64,000 nt of DNA from Acidobacteria bacterium RIFCSPLOWO2_12_FULL_67_14b (lineage in GTDB: Bacteria; Acidobacteriota; Vicinamibacteria; Vicinamibacterales; UBA2999). This document shows positions 20,236 to 29,530 of the stretch, in pieces. A program made the position numbers and the translations under genes. How positions within the stretch are numbered: the stretch's first letter is position 1; each line of letters begins with the position of its first letter. The DNA lies in the NCBI GenBank assembly GCA_001768615.1, contig MELE01000027.1, forward strand, positions 52,778 to 116,777, in the 5' to 3' direction. The notes under the pieces are model-generated. The model was given only the letters and a program-made list of their open reading frames with translations. It had not been told where the DNA came from and did no database searches.

Positions 20236-20398
20236 CACATTGACGATTTACGACCGACCGATTTGGCGATTGTTTGGCTATTGCCGACTTGCCCATCGAG
20301 CGATTCGATTGGGCGATCGGCAATGGCCCGATTGATTCGCCAAATCGCCAATCACTCAATCGTCAACAATCGCTGATTCAGTCATTCGACGATCGACA
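20236..20398. repeat. 163-nt CGATT-word imperfect hairpin filling the whole intergenic gap
   Basis: GATTTGGCGA at about 20260 pairs with TCGCCAAATC at about 20338. Nested pairs are TTGCCGA/TCGGCAA and GCCCATCG/CGATTGGGC. The region is relatively AT-rich. Confidence 0.75.
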
Positions 20399-23185
20399 AT
20401 GCGCCATTTCCTGATTTCCTTTGCCGTCCTTGTCGCGCTTGGCACCGGACACTCCTCGGCGCAGCACCAGCTCGTGCCGGTGTCGCAATTGAAGGGCGCG
20501 CCGGCGCTCGAGCTCGCGCTCCGCAAGCTCGACACCGTCGGCAGCTTGATGATGACGACGGCGCATCCGGACGACGAGAACAACGCGATGCTGGCGTACT
20601 TCTCGCACGGCAAGGGGTTCAGGACGACCCTGGTGACGGCGACGCATGGCGAGGGCGGGCAGAACGAGATCGGCCCGGAGCTGTTCGAGGCGCTGGCGGT
20701 GCTGCGCACCGAGGAGCTGCTGGCGGCGCACAAGTTCGACGGCGCGGAGCAGTTCTTCACGCGTGCCATCGACTTCGGCTATTCGTTCAGCATCGAGGAG
20801 ACGCTCGAGAAGTGGGGCCACCAGGAGATCCTGGGCGACTACGTGCGCATGATCCGCACGATCCGTCCGGACGTGATTGTCGGCTTCGTGTTCGACGGTG
20901 ACGGCGGCGGCCAGCACCACCAGGCGTCGACGCGCCTGACCCTCGAGGCGTTCCGCGCCGCGGCGGATCCGGCGAAATTCCCGGAGCAGATCAAAGAGGG
21001 CCTGCGCGCGTGGCAGCCGAAGAAGTTCTACTACACGGCCGGCTTTGGGCCGCCGGCAGGTGCAGCAGGTGCATCGGGTGCATCGGGTGCGCGGACGCTG
21101 CCAGGTGAGGGCGCGCCGACCCTGCTGCAGTTTGGCGGCGGCGACGAGTTCGATCCCGTGCTCGGCCGCACCTACAACGAGCTGGCGGGCGAGGCGCGCA
21201 GCATGCACAAGTGCCAGGGCATGTCGCAGCTGCTGCCGCTGCCGGCGCCGGTGGGCGGCGGCGGCCCCATGGGGCCGGGCGGCATCCGCGCGTATCGCCT
21301 GCGCGACACCGTGCTCGACGGCGGCGTGGCCCGCAGCGAGCGCGAAGTGTTCGACGGCGTCGACACCGGGCTGCGCGCGCTTCTGGCGTATTCGTCCAAC
21401 GCTCCCGCAGAGCTCGGCGCCGCGCTCGATCGCATCGGCGCGAGCGTGAAGGATGCGCGCGCGGCGATGGCGGCCAACGGCGACGCCGCAACGGTGGCGC
21501 CGCTGTCACGCGGATTGAGGCTGGTCCGCGAGCTGCGCGGCGCCCTGTCGTCAATGAGCCTGAGCGAGACCGGCCGATACGAGATCGAGTTCCGCCTCGC
21601 GCAGAAAGAAGCGCAGTTCTCGCAGGCGCTGGTGCTGGCGGCCGACGTGCGGCTCGACGCGGTCGCTCGCGACGGCCTCGCCGTGCCGGGCCAACCCGTG
21701 CAGGTGGACATGATGGCCGCCAACCGCGGCAGAAGTGCGGTCGACGTGGCGATGGTCGCCAACGGATTCGCGGGCGGCCCCGCGCCGGCGTGCGAATCGA
21801 GCAGCGCCGTCGTGCCGGGATCGTCGCGCAGTTGCGGCAAGACGCTGACCATTCCCGCCGACGCCCGCCTGACCGCGGCCCACTTCCGCACGGGCACCGA
21901 GGGCGCGCGCTACGTGTTTGACGCCGACGTGCCGTTCGGATTGCCGTTCAGGCCGACGCCGTACACCGCGACGTTCTCCCTGTCGGTCGGCGGGGTTCCC
22001 TTCACGATCGCGCTCCCGATCCAGGCGCGGTCGGAAGCGGACATTTTCGCGGGCGAGAAGCGGCAGGAGATCCACGTGGTCCCGGCGTTTGCGGTGAAGG
22101 CGACGCCAGAGATCGTGATTGTGTCGACGAACCCTTCGACTCGCGACAGCGGGCCCGTCGGGCCCGCTGCCGCTCGCTCAGGGTTGGCGCCTGACGGCGC
22201 CAAGGACATTCGCGTGACGGTGACCAATCACGCAAAGGGCGCCGCCAACGCGGAGGTCGCCCTCGAGCTGCCGCAAGGCTGGCGCGCCACGCCGCCCACG
22301 CAGGCGGTGAGCTTCTCCCGCGAAGACGAAGCGATGACCGTCAGGTTCGCCCTGCAGGCGCCGGCGCCGGCGGTGCTGGCCGCCGCGGCGATGAAGCCGG
22401 GCGGCAATCAGTTCACCGTGAAGGCCATCGTCAAGAGCGGAGGGCAGAGCTTCGCGCAGGGCTACCAGGTGATCGAGTACCCGCATACGACGCGGCGGCA
22501 CGTGCTCAACGCGCCGATCGTGAACGTGAAGGCGCTGGACGTGACGGTCAAGCCCAACCTGACCGTGGGCTACATCATGGGCGTCGGCGACGAGGTGCCG
22601 ACCGCACTGGAGCAGCTCGGCGTCCGGGTGTCGATGATCACGCCGGACGAACTGGCCTGGGGCGACCTCTCGCGCTACGGCGCCGTCATGACCGGTGTAC
22701 GCGCGTATGAACGGCGAGCCGACCTGCGCGCGTACAACCAGCGGTTGATCGACTACGCGAAGGCCGGCGGCACCGTGATCGTCCAGTACAACAAGTTCGA
22801 GTTCAACGACGCGCAGTACGGGCCGTACCCGGCCAGGGTCGGGCGCGAGCGCGTGACCGACGAGAATGCAGAACTGAAGATCCTCGCGCCGCAGCACCCG
22901 GTGTTCAACACGCCGAACGCCATCGGCCGCGCCGACTGGACCAACTGGGTGCAGGAGCGCGGACTGTATTTCCTCGACAGCGCCGGACGCGACCCGCACT
23001 ACACGGATCTCATCGAGTTCACCGACCCATTCCCCTACAATGCCGGGGTGAAGCGCGGGGCACTGGTCGAAGCGAAGGTCGGGCAAGGCCGCTGGGTCTA
23101 TGTCGGCCTCGGCCTGTGGCGGCAGCTGCCGGCAGGCACGGACGGTGCATTCCGGCTCATGGCGAACCTGTTGAGCCTCCCTTGA
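20399..23185 (+). CDS. PIG-L/LmbE family deacetylase, large multidomain, secreted
   Basis: Signal peptide, then the AHPDDENNAM...THGEGGQNE PIG-L motif. The C-terminal region is amidotransferase-fold-like. Confidence 0.85.
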   Translation: MRHFLISFAVLVALGTGHSSAQHQLVPVSQLKGAPALELALRKLDTVGSLMMTTAHPDDENNAMLAYFSHGKGFRTTLVTATHGEGGQNEIGPELFEALAVLRTEELLAAHKFDGAEQFFTRAIDFGYSFSIEETLEKWGHQEILGDYVRMIRTIRPDVIVGFVFDGDGGGQHHQASTRLTLEAFRAAADPAKFPEQIKEGLRAWQPKKFYYTAGFGPPAGAAGASGASGARTLPGEGAPTLLQFGGGDEFDPVLGRTYNELAGEARSMHKCQGMSQLLPLPAPVGGGGPMGPGGIRAYRLRDTVLDGGVARSEREVFDGVDTGLRALLAYSSNAPAELGAALDRIGASVKDARAAMAANGDAATVAPLSRGLRLVRELRGALSSMSLSETGRYEIEFRLAQKEAQFSQALVLAADVRLDAVARDGLAVPGQPVQVDMMAANRGRSAVDVAMVANGFAGGPAPACESSSAVVPGSSRSCGKTLTIPADARLTAAHFRTGTEGARYVFDADVPFGLPFRPTPYTATFSLSVGGVPFTIALPIQARSEADIFAGEKRQEIHVVPAFAVKATPEIVIVSTNPSTRDSGPVGPAAARSGLAPDGAKDIRVTVTNHAKGAANAEVALELPQGWRATPPTQAVSFSREDEAMTVRFALQAPAPAVLAAAAMKPGGNQFTVKAIVKSGGQSFAQGYQVIEYPHTTRRHVLNAPIVNVKALDVTVKPNLTVGYIMGVGDEVPTALEQLGVRVSMITPDELAWGDLSRYGAVMTGVRAYERRADLRAYNQRLIDYAKAGGTVIVQYNKFEFNDAQYGPYPARVGRERVTDENAELKILAPQHPVFNTPNAIGRADWTNWVQERGLYFLDSAGRDPHYTDLIEFTDPFPYNAGVKRGALVEAKVGQGRWVYVGLGLWRQLPAGTDGAFRLMANLLSLP
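21059..21094. repeat. in-CDS 9-nt word array GGTGCNNNN x4 encoding GAAGASGASGAR
   Basis: ggtgcagca ggtgcatcg ggtgcatcg ggtgcgcgg is in frame. With its flank CCGGCA it matches 60262..60303 at 34 of 42 positions (hand alignment). Confidence 0.85.
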
Positions 23186-23324
23186 GGGCTCGAGGGACCG
23201 AGGGCTTGATGGCGGGCGGAACCGCGAAATTTTGTAAGACCCGGATTAAACTTCGGCGGGCCGGTCAGGTCTAACCAGCTGGCCGGCCGTGATCTCCCAC
23301 CCCACGCGGCGATGACGGATTTGT

Positions 23325-24770
23325 ATGCTCGAACACATTCTTCGGCGCATGGGATTTGGCGCGAGTCCGGCGGAACTCGCCGCGTGGGAGGGCGTTCCCA
23401 TCGACACGGCGATCGACCGCCTCCTGAACTACGAGTCGATGTCGACCGATCACGACGCGAAGATCGGGCAGCCGGAGTACGTGGGGATCACCACGTCCGC
23501 AGGCAATCCCTTCTCGCCAAACACGTCGATCAATGATGCGCGGCAGCGCTGGCTGTTCCGCATGATCCACTCGCAGCGCCCGCTCGAAGAGAAGATGGCG
23601 CTCTTCTGGCACAACCACTTCGCGACGGCCTATTCCAAACTCGCGGGCGCCGTGGGCCAGGAGCGCGCCACGCGGTTGATGGACAACGATCCGTCGAGCC
23701 TCGACGGAAGTCCGGCCGGACAAATCCACGTGCTTCGCCAGCACGCCACCGGCAGCTTTCCAGGCATGCTGCTGGCCATGGCGAAACACCCCGCCATGGT
23801 GTACTGGCTGGACAGCCAACTGAACACGCGGACGCGGCCCCAGGAAAACTTCGGCCGCGAGATCATGGAGTTGTTCAGCCTTGGCATCGGCAACTACACG
23901 GAACAGGACGTGTATGCCGCGGCCCGCGTCTTTACCGGCTTCAATTGGCAGATCGTCGGCGACCGCGCCGACCGGTTGAACGGTTACTACACGTTCCTCT
24001 ATCGGGCGGCCGACCACGACACCAACGCCAAGACCTTCACCTTTGCCATCTACCTGGACGGGGGCAAGACGATACCGGCCCGCGCTGCAGCGACAGGGGA
24101 ACAGGATGCGCTGGACTTGATCCTCGCCCTGGCCCGCCATCCCGCGACCGCACGACGGCTGGCCACCAGGCTCTACAAGTTCTTCGTCAACGAGACGTCC
24201 GAGCCCGACGCGTCCCTGGTCAACGCCATGGCCAACGCGTACCTGGGGAACAACTACAACATCAAGGCGGTGCTCCGCACGTTGTTCCAGTCGTCGCAGT
24301 TTCGCGACCCGGCGAACTTCTTTCAGCGCTATTCGTGGCCGCTCGAGTACACCGTGCGTGCCATCAAGGAGATCGGGTGGACCGGCTTCTCCGCGAACAG
24401 CGCCCTCAACCCGCTGACCAACATGGGCCAGCAGATGTACGAGCCACCCGACGTGAATGGCTGGGAAACCGGTCCCGGCTGGATCTCCACATCGTCGATG
24501 CTGGCGCGAATGAACTTCTCGGCCACGCTCGCGCAGAACCAGCGCTTCAACCTGGCGCGCGACGCGCAGCCGTATCGGCAGTCGCCGGACGGCGTGCTCG
24601 CGTACATGCTGGCGCGCTTCCCGAACATCGGGTTCTCGTCCACCGCCACGGCGGCGATGTCCGACTACCTTCGGTCCACCGCGTGGACCGGCACCGACGC
24701 GCAGTTGCAGCAGAGGGTTCCCGGTCTCGCGCGCCTGATCGTCGGATCAGGTGAGTACCAGTTCAACTGA
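23325..24770 (+). CDS. DUF1800 domain-containing protein
   Basis: The N-terminus HILRRMGFGASPAEL is typical of DUF1800. It is followed by its usual DUF1501 partner. Confidence 0.8.
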   Translation: MLEHILRRMGFGASPAELAAWEGVPIDTAIDRLLNYESMSTDHDAKIGQPEYVGITTSAGNPFSPNTSINDARQRWLFRMIHSQRPLEEKMALFWHNHFATAYSKLAGAVGQERATRLMDNDPSSLDGSPAGQIHVLRQHATGSFPGMLLAMAKHPAMVYWLDSQLNTRTRPQENFGREIMELFSLGIGNYTEQDVYAAARVFTGFNWQIVGDRADRLNGYYTFLYRAADHDTNAKTFTFAIYLDGGKTIPARAAATGEQDALDLILALARHPATARRLATRLYKFFVNETSEPDASLVNAMANAYLGNNYNIKAVLRTLFQSSQFRDPANFFQRYSWPLEYTVRAIKEIGWTGFSANSALNPLTNMGQQMYEPPDVNGWETGPGWISTSSMLARMNFSATLAQNQRFNLARDAQPYRQSPDGVLAYMLARFPNIGFSSTATAAMSDYLRSTAWTGTDAQLQQRVPGLARLIVGSGEYQFN

Positions 24771-24778
24771 AGGACGCC

Positions 24779-26044
24779 ATGTCATTTTCACGACGGCAAT
24801 TCGTCAAAGGCGGCGTCACCGCGTTTACCTTCGGATTCGCCGCGCCGCGGCTGATGTACGACATCGCCTTCGGCCAGGCCCTCGGGGCGCGGAACCTCGT
24901 GGTGGTGTACCTCAGCGGCGGCAACGACTCGCTGAGCACCATCGTTCCGTATCGCGATTCGAACTACGTGAGCCGCCGGCCGACGCTGGCCATTGCGGCC
25001 GCCAACGTCCTGCAGATCGGCTCCGACTCCTCTGGCGTCGAACTGGGCTTGCACCCGCGATTGACCGGCCTCAAGGCGATCTTCGATGCCGGCCGGCTCG
25101 CCGTGATCCAGCGCACCGGCTACGCGAACCAGAGCCGCTCGCACTTCACCGGCTACGACATCTGGGGCACGGCGAGCACGACCAACACGTCGGGCACGGG
25201 CTGGCTTGGCCGCTATCTGGACCTGGTCCCGGCGCCCGTCGATCCGCTGGTGGCGTGGAACACGCAGCGGGAGACGCCGCGCCCGCTCATGGCGCGCACC
25301 GTCGGTGTGCCGGCGATCACCAGTCCGGCCACCTACGCGTTCTCGGGCGCGAACCCGAATAGCCCCGTAGAGTCCGGCTACGAACGCACCGCGCAGACGA
25401 AGATCTCGTCACACATCCCGGTGGACCGCCCGCACCTGGCGTTCGTCAATTCGACGACCCAGGCGGCGCTCGGGACCCTGGATCGGGTGGCGACCGTCGC
25501 CACCTATCGTCCGGCCAACACCTACCCCAACAACGGCTTCGGCCAGGCGCTCACGGCGGTGGCCGGCGCCATGAACAAGCAGATCGGCACCAAGGTGTTC
25601 TGGGTGCAGACCGGCGGCTTCGACACCCATGCGTCGCAAGGCACGAACCAGGGCGCCTACTTCAACCTGATGGCGACGCTCGGTGACGGCCTCAAGGCGT
25701 TCTACGACGACCTGAGCGCGCAGGGCCTGTTGAGCAGCACACTGGTGCTGGTGTATTCGGAATTCGGCCGCCGCATCACCGAGAACGGCAGCCAGGGCAC
25801 CGACCACGGTGCCGGCGCCAACATGATAGTGCTCGGCGGCGGCGTGCGCGGCGGTATCTACGGCACGGCGCCGAACCTCAACACCGATCCCGCCAACCCG
25901 ACGCTCGAAAACAACGCCGGCGATGTGAAGTACGAAACCGACTTCCGCGCCGTCTACGCGAAGATCCTCGATAGCTGGCTGGGTGCGAACTCGGTCACCA
26001 TCCTGGGCGGCGACTATCGCGGGGGCGCGCCGGCGATCCTATAG
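24779..26044 (+). CDS. DUF1501 domain-containing protein (sulfatase-fold, Tat signal)
   Basis: Tat-like SRRQFVKGG N-terminus and TGGFDTHASQ motif. Confidence 0.85.
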   Translation: MSFSRRQFVKGGVTAFTFGFAAPRLMYDIAFGQALGARNLVVVYLSGGNDSLSTIVPYRDSNYVSRRPTLAIAAANVLQIGSDSSGVELGLHPRLTGLKAIFDAGRLAVIQRTGYANQSRSHFTGYDIWGTASTTNTSGTGWLGRYLDLVPAPVDPLVAWNTQRETPRPLMARTVGVPAITSPATYAFSGANPNSPVESGYERTAQTKISSHIPVDRPHLAFVNSTTQAALGTLDRVATVATYRPANTYPNNGFGQALTAVAGAMNKQIGTKVFWVQTGGFDTHASQGTNQGAYFNLMATLGDGLKAFYDDLSAQGLLSSTLVLVYSEFGRRITENGSQGTDHGAGANMIVLGGGVRGGIYGTAPNLNTDPANPTLENNAGDVKYETDFRAVYAKILDSWLGANSVTILGGDYRGGAPAIL

Positions 26045-26054
26045 CCGCCAAATA

Positions 26055-26163
26055 CATCACACGGAAACACAGAAACACAGAAACACTGAAAAGTCTTTTT
26101 TCAATGCCTCTGGCATTTCAAGAAGAGTCTCCGTGCTTCCGTGTTTCTGTGCTTCTGTGTATG
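26055..26163. repeat. CACAGAAAC-word hairpin element, intergenic copy
   Basis: CATCACACGGAAACACAGAAACACAGAAACACTGAAAAG, loop, then TCCGTGCTTCCGTGTTTCTGTGCTTCTGTGTATG. It lies between convergent genes. Confidence 0.9.
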
Positions 26164-26166
26164 TAT

Positions 26167-26826
26167 TTACTTCGCGTACTTGACCAGCGCGTCTCTCCAT
26201 GTGCCCACGGGCTCGGGCGCGCCGCCCAATCGATCAAACACGATCTGTCCCGTTCGATAGGCCGTGCCGTAGAAGCGCTCGTTGGCATCCCGATCCTGTC
26301 GAATCGTCGAGCCGTTCACCGTCACGCCGGCGAAGAGCCCTCTCGAGCGTGAATAGCTGAGGATCTGCGCGCGCATCTGGATGTCGGTCGCGGCGCTCGC
26401 ATCACGGCCGATCGGCCCCGCCGCCACCGACGCGTCGGCGCCGATCTTGAACTGGTTCTTCACCAGTTGCTCGAGCCCCCGCTGGTTGTTCACCACCAGG
26501 ATCAGGTCGATTGCCTGCGCGCCGATCTGCGCGCCGAAGCTGCCGCCCGTGATCGTGAGGAAGGCGGGCGCCGACCACGTGCCGGACTTCCGATCGCGAA
26601 CGCTGATGATGCCGCGCCCGCGCTGGCCGCCGATCACGAAGCCGCCCTTGAGCAGCGAGGGGAAGACGGCGATGGCCTCGGCCTTCTCGAGAATCGCGCC
26701 GGGGATGGCCTTGTCGCCGGCCGCCATCATCTCTTCGATCACGACGGTGGACTCGCTGATGCGTTTGGCTTCGTCGGAGGTTTGTGCGGCGGCGGTGATC
26801 AACAGGGCAACGAATAGTGTTTTCAT
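26167..26826 (-). CDS. SYLF (Ysc84/DUF500) lipid-binding domain protein, secreted
   Basis: The ATG at 26826 has AGGAAGG upstream. Signal peptide MKTLFVALLITAAAQ and SYLF-like core GGFVIGGQRGRG...GGSFGAQIGA. Confidence 0.85.
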   Translation of the reverse strand: MKTLFVALLITAAAQTSDEAKRISESTVVIEEMMAAGDKAIPGAILEKAEAIAVFPSLLKGGFVIGGQRGRGIISVRDRKSGTWSAPAFLTITGGSFGAQIGAQAIDLILVVNNQRGLEQLVKNQFKIGADASVAAGPIGRDASAATDIQMRAQILSYSRSRGLFAGVTVNGSTIRQDRDANERFYGTAYRTGQIVFDRLGGAPEPVGTWRDALVKYAK

Positions 26827-26845
26827 GGTGCCTTCCTGCGAAGGG

Positions 26846-27787
26846 TCAGCCGGGGCCCCCGCCACGCGGACTTTGCGTGGTGGGGTGGTAGACCCCTAGT
26901 ATGTCCTCGAGCGCCGGTTCGAGCGTGCGAAAGCCGAATCGGAACCCCAGCTCTTCCGCGTGCACCGGGAGCACACGCTGCCCCGTCAGCAGGAGCGACG
27001 CCATCTCTCCCAACGCCAGCTTCAACACAAACGCCGGCGCCTGAAACACGGCCGGACGATGAAGCACGCGCCCGAGGACGCGGGTGAACTCATGGTTGGT
27101 CACCGGCTCGGGCGCGGTGACATTGAAGGCCCCCACCGCGCGATCGCTCGCGATCAGCCAGAGCACCATCGACACCCAGTCGCTGACGTGCACCCACGGC
27201 ATGTACTGCCGGCCCGACGCGATCGTCGCTCCGAGCGCCAGCTTGAACGCCGGCAACATGCGCGGCAGCGCACCACCCTTCGCATCGAGCACGAGCCCGG
27301 TGCGGACCATCGCCACGCGGGTGCCAGGCCCTTCCGCAGCCCTCGCCTCCTGTTCCCATTCGACGCACAAACGGGCAAGAAAGTCCGCCCCCGGCTCGGC
27401 GCGTTCGGTAATGGTCTCGTCGCCGCGTGGGCCGTAATAACCGACGCCCGACGCGCTCACGAAGATGCGCGGCGGCGTCTGACACGTCGCCATCGCACGC
27501 ACGAGGGTGCGGGTGGCCAGCAGCCGGCTGTCGCGCAGCGCGGCCTTCCGGGCGGAGCTCCAGCGGCGGTCGGCGATGCCCTCGCCGGCGAGGTTCACGA
27601 CCGCATCCACGCCGTCCAGGTGACCGGCCAGCGAGCCGGTCGATCCATCCGGCTGCCAGGCCACGTCGGTCCGGTGGCCGGGACGAGGCCGCCGGGTGAG
27701 GATGACGAGGCGGTGGCGATCGTGTTCGAGGCGGGCGGCGAGCTTGCGCCCGAGAAAGCCCGACCCGCCCGCAAGGACGATGGTCAT
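26846..27787 (-). CDS. TIGR01777/YfcH-type epimerase family oxidoreductase (SDR fold plus DUF1731)
   Basis: MTIVLAGGSGFLGRKL NAD-binding motif and C-terminal QRVLP...GF.F.F..LE.AL. The alternative GTG start at 27805 is less likely. Confidence 0.85.
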   Translation of the reverse strand: MTIVLAGGSGFLGRKLAARLEHDRHRLVILTRRPRPGHRTDVAWQPDGSTGSLAGHLDGVDAVVNLAGEGIADRRWSSARKAALRDSRLLATRTLVRAMATCQTPPRIFVSASGVGYYGPRGDETITERAEPGADFLARLCVEWEQEARAAEGPGTRVAMVRTGLVLDAKGGALPRMLPAFKLALGATIASGRQYMPWVHVSDWVSMVLWLIASDRAVGAFNVTAPEPVTNHEFTRVLGRVLHRPAVFQAPAFVLKLALGEMASLLLTGQRVLPVHAEELGFRFGFRTLEPALEDILGVYHPTTQSPRGGGPG

Positions 27788-27836
27788 GGTTGAAGTGTCA
27801 GACACTGCGATCTTGACATACGGGCGGGGTTGGTAT

Positions 27837-27854
27837 TAACTAACCAGTTAGTTA
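27837..27854. promoter_or_regulatory. candidate TetR operator palindrome TAACTAAC-CA-GTTAGTTA
   Basis: AT-rich 8+2+8 palindrome 5 nt upstream of the TetR start, with TTGACA at 27813..27818 upstream. A second palindrome, AGTGTC-A-GACACT, lies at 27793..27805. Confidence 0.45.
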
Positions 27855-27858
27855 TGTA

Positions 27859-28482
27859 ATGAAAGCCACCCGCGCCCCCCGCCCCGACACCCGCACGGCC
27901 ATCTTCCAGGCCGCCGCCGGGGCCTTTTCGGCCCACGGCTTCGATGGTGTTGGCGTCGACGCCATTGCCGACGCCGCCGGGGTCAACAAGGCGATGATCT
28001 ACTACCACTTCGCCGACAAGCTCGCCCTCTACCGCGCCGTCGTCGGCGACATGCTCAGCACGCTGGGGCGGGCGGTCAGCGAGATCGCCGCCACCGACCA
28101 GCCGCCCGCCGCCAGGCTCGATCGCTTCATCGAAGTCTTCGTCCGCATGGCCGACTCGCGGCCGTGGTTTCCGACGCTGATGCTCCGCGAAATCTCCGAA
28201 GGCGCGCCGAACCTGGACCTCGAAACGCTGGGCCACATCAAGGCGGTGTTCGTCGGGTTCGGCAGGATCCTCGCGGACGGTGAAGCGGCCGGGGTCTTCA
28301 GGAAGGTCCACCCGATTCTCGCGTACACCTCCATCGTCGGGCCCCTCATCATGAACGCGGCTCGAGAGCGCGTCGCGGCGCGTCCCGGGCGCGCGCACCT
28401 GCCGATGCTGGTCGAGGTATCGCACGACGATCTGATCGCCCACGTTCAATACACTGCCCAACGCATGCTCGAACGCAGATGA
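27859..28482 (+). CDS. TetR/AcrR family transcriptional regulator
   Basis: N-terminal HTH FSAHGFDGVGVDAIADAAGVNKAMIYYHF. Confidence 0.9.
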   Translation: MKATRAPRPDTRTAIFQAAAGAFSAHGFDGVGVDAIADAAGVNKAMIYYHFADKLALYRAVVGDMLSTLGRAVSEIAATDQPPAARLDRFIEVFVRMADSRPWFPTLMLREISEGAPNLDLETLGHIKAVFVGFGRILADGEAAGVFRKVHPILAYTSIVGPLIMNAARERVAARPGRAHLPMLVEVSHDDLIAHVQYTAQRMLERR

Positions 28483-29528
28483 CACCGATCAATACACCAG
28501 GGCCGCAGATGACGCAGATTACACAGATCCTTTTCAGATCCCATGTCGCCCTCTTACTCCTGATCGCGACTGCCTGTTCGCCCGAACCCCCGAGCGATCT
28601 GCTCCGCGTGTCGGGGCACGTCGAGGCCACCGAGGTCCGGCTTGCGCCGGAGATGGGCGGGCGCATCCTGACGCTGGCGGTCAAGGAAGGCGACCGCGTG
28701 CAGCCGGGCCAACTCGTGCTCACGCTCGACACGCGGGATGTGGAGCTCGCGCTGCGGCGGGCCCGGGCGGACCAGGCACAGGCCGAAGCGCAGCTGCGCC
28801 TCGTAATGGCCGCCGCGAGGCCAGAAGACGTGCGCCAGGCTGAGGCGCAAATCAACGCGGCGCGCGCGGAGGTATCGGCCGCGCAATCGGAGCTCGCCGC
28901 CGCCGGGCAGGATCTCGAGCGGTTCGACTCGCTGCTCAAGACCAACTCCGGCTCGCGGAAGCAGCGGGACGATGCGGCGACGAGGCGGGATGTGGCGAAG
29001 GACCGCGTGACGTCGTCGGAGAGCCGGGTGAAGCAAGCAGAAGAAACGCTGGCGCGCCTGCGGTCCGGGGCCCGGCGCGAAGAGGTGGACGCGGCGCGGG
29101 CGCGCGTGGCTTCGATCGCCGCCCAGGTGGCGACCATCGAGAAACAGCTCGGCGACACGAAGTTGATGGCGCCGGTCGGCGGCCTCGTGACCGGCAAGCT
29201 AGTGGAAGCCGGCGAGATGATCGCGCCTCGCGCGCCGGCCGTCGTGATCGTGGATCTCGACCACGCGTGGGCGGACGTGTTCGTGCCGGAGCCGGCGGTG
29301 CCGAGGTTGAAGGTCGGCCAGGCCGCCATGGTGTTCACCGACGCTGGCGGCGCAGGCATTCCCGGGACGATCTCCTACGTGTCGCCCAAAGCCGAGTTCA
29401 CGCCGCGCAACGTGCAGACGGCCGAAGAGCGCTCGAAGCTCGTCTACCGTGTGCGCATCGCCGTCGACAACAAGGACGGCGTGCTGAAACAGGGCATGCC
29501 GGTCGAAGCGGAATTCACACTGCAGTAG
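28479..29528 (+). CDS. HlyD-family periplasmic adaptor (membrane fusion protein), lipoprotein-like
   Basis: 4-nt overlap with the TetR gene. LLLIATAC lipobox, coiled-coil segments and beta-barrel end. The N-terminal codons overlap CAGAT-type words. Confidence 0.85.
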   Translation: MTPINTPGPQMTQITQILFRSHVALLLLIATACSPEPPSDLLRVSGHVEATEVRLAPEMGGRILTLAVKEGDRVQPGQLVLTLDTRDVELALRRARADQAQAEAQLRLVMAAARPEDVRQAEAQINAARAEVSAAQSELAAAGQDLERFDSLLKTNSGSRKQRDDAATRRDVAKDRVTSSESRVKQAEETLARLRSGARREEVDAARARVASIAAQVATIEKQLGDTKLMAPVGGLVTGKLVEAGEMIAPRAPAVVIVDLDHAWADVFVPEPAVPRLKVGQAAMVFTDAGGAGIPGTISYVSPKAEFTPRNVQTAEERSKLVYRVRIAVDNKDGVLKQGMPVEAEFTLQ

Positions 29529-29530
29529 CC

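Noticed and set aside
17308-20238. 976-aa ORF antisense to the TonB-dependent receptor. Similar long antisense or out-of-frame ORFs occur elsewhere (7762..9246, 40847..43081, 22178..23086, 59248..60273, 61926..63101 and others).
   Set aside because: These are typical stop-codon-poor shadow ORFs of GC-rich DNA. Their translations are Arg/Ala/Gly/Pro-rich low-complexity sequence with no motifs, and each fully overlaps a gene with clear family signatures.
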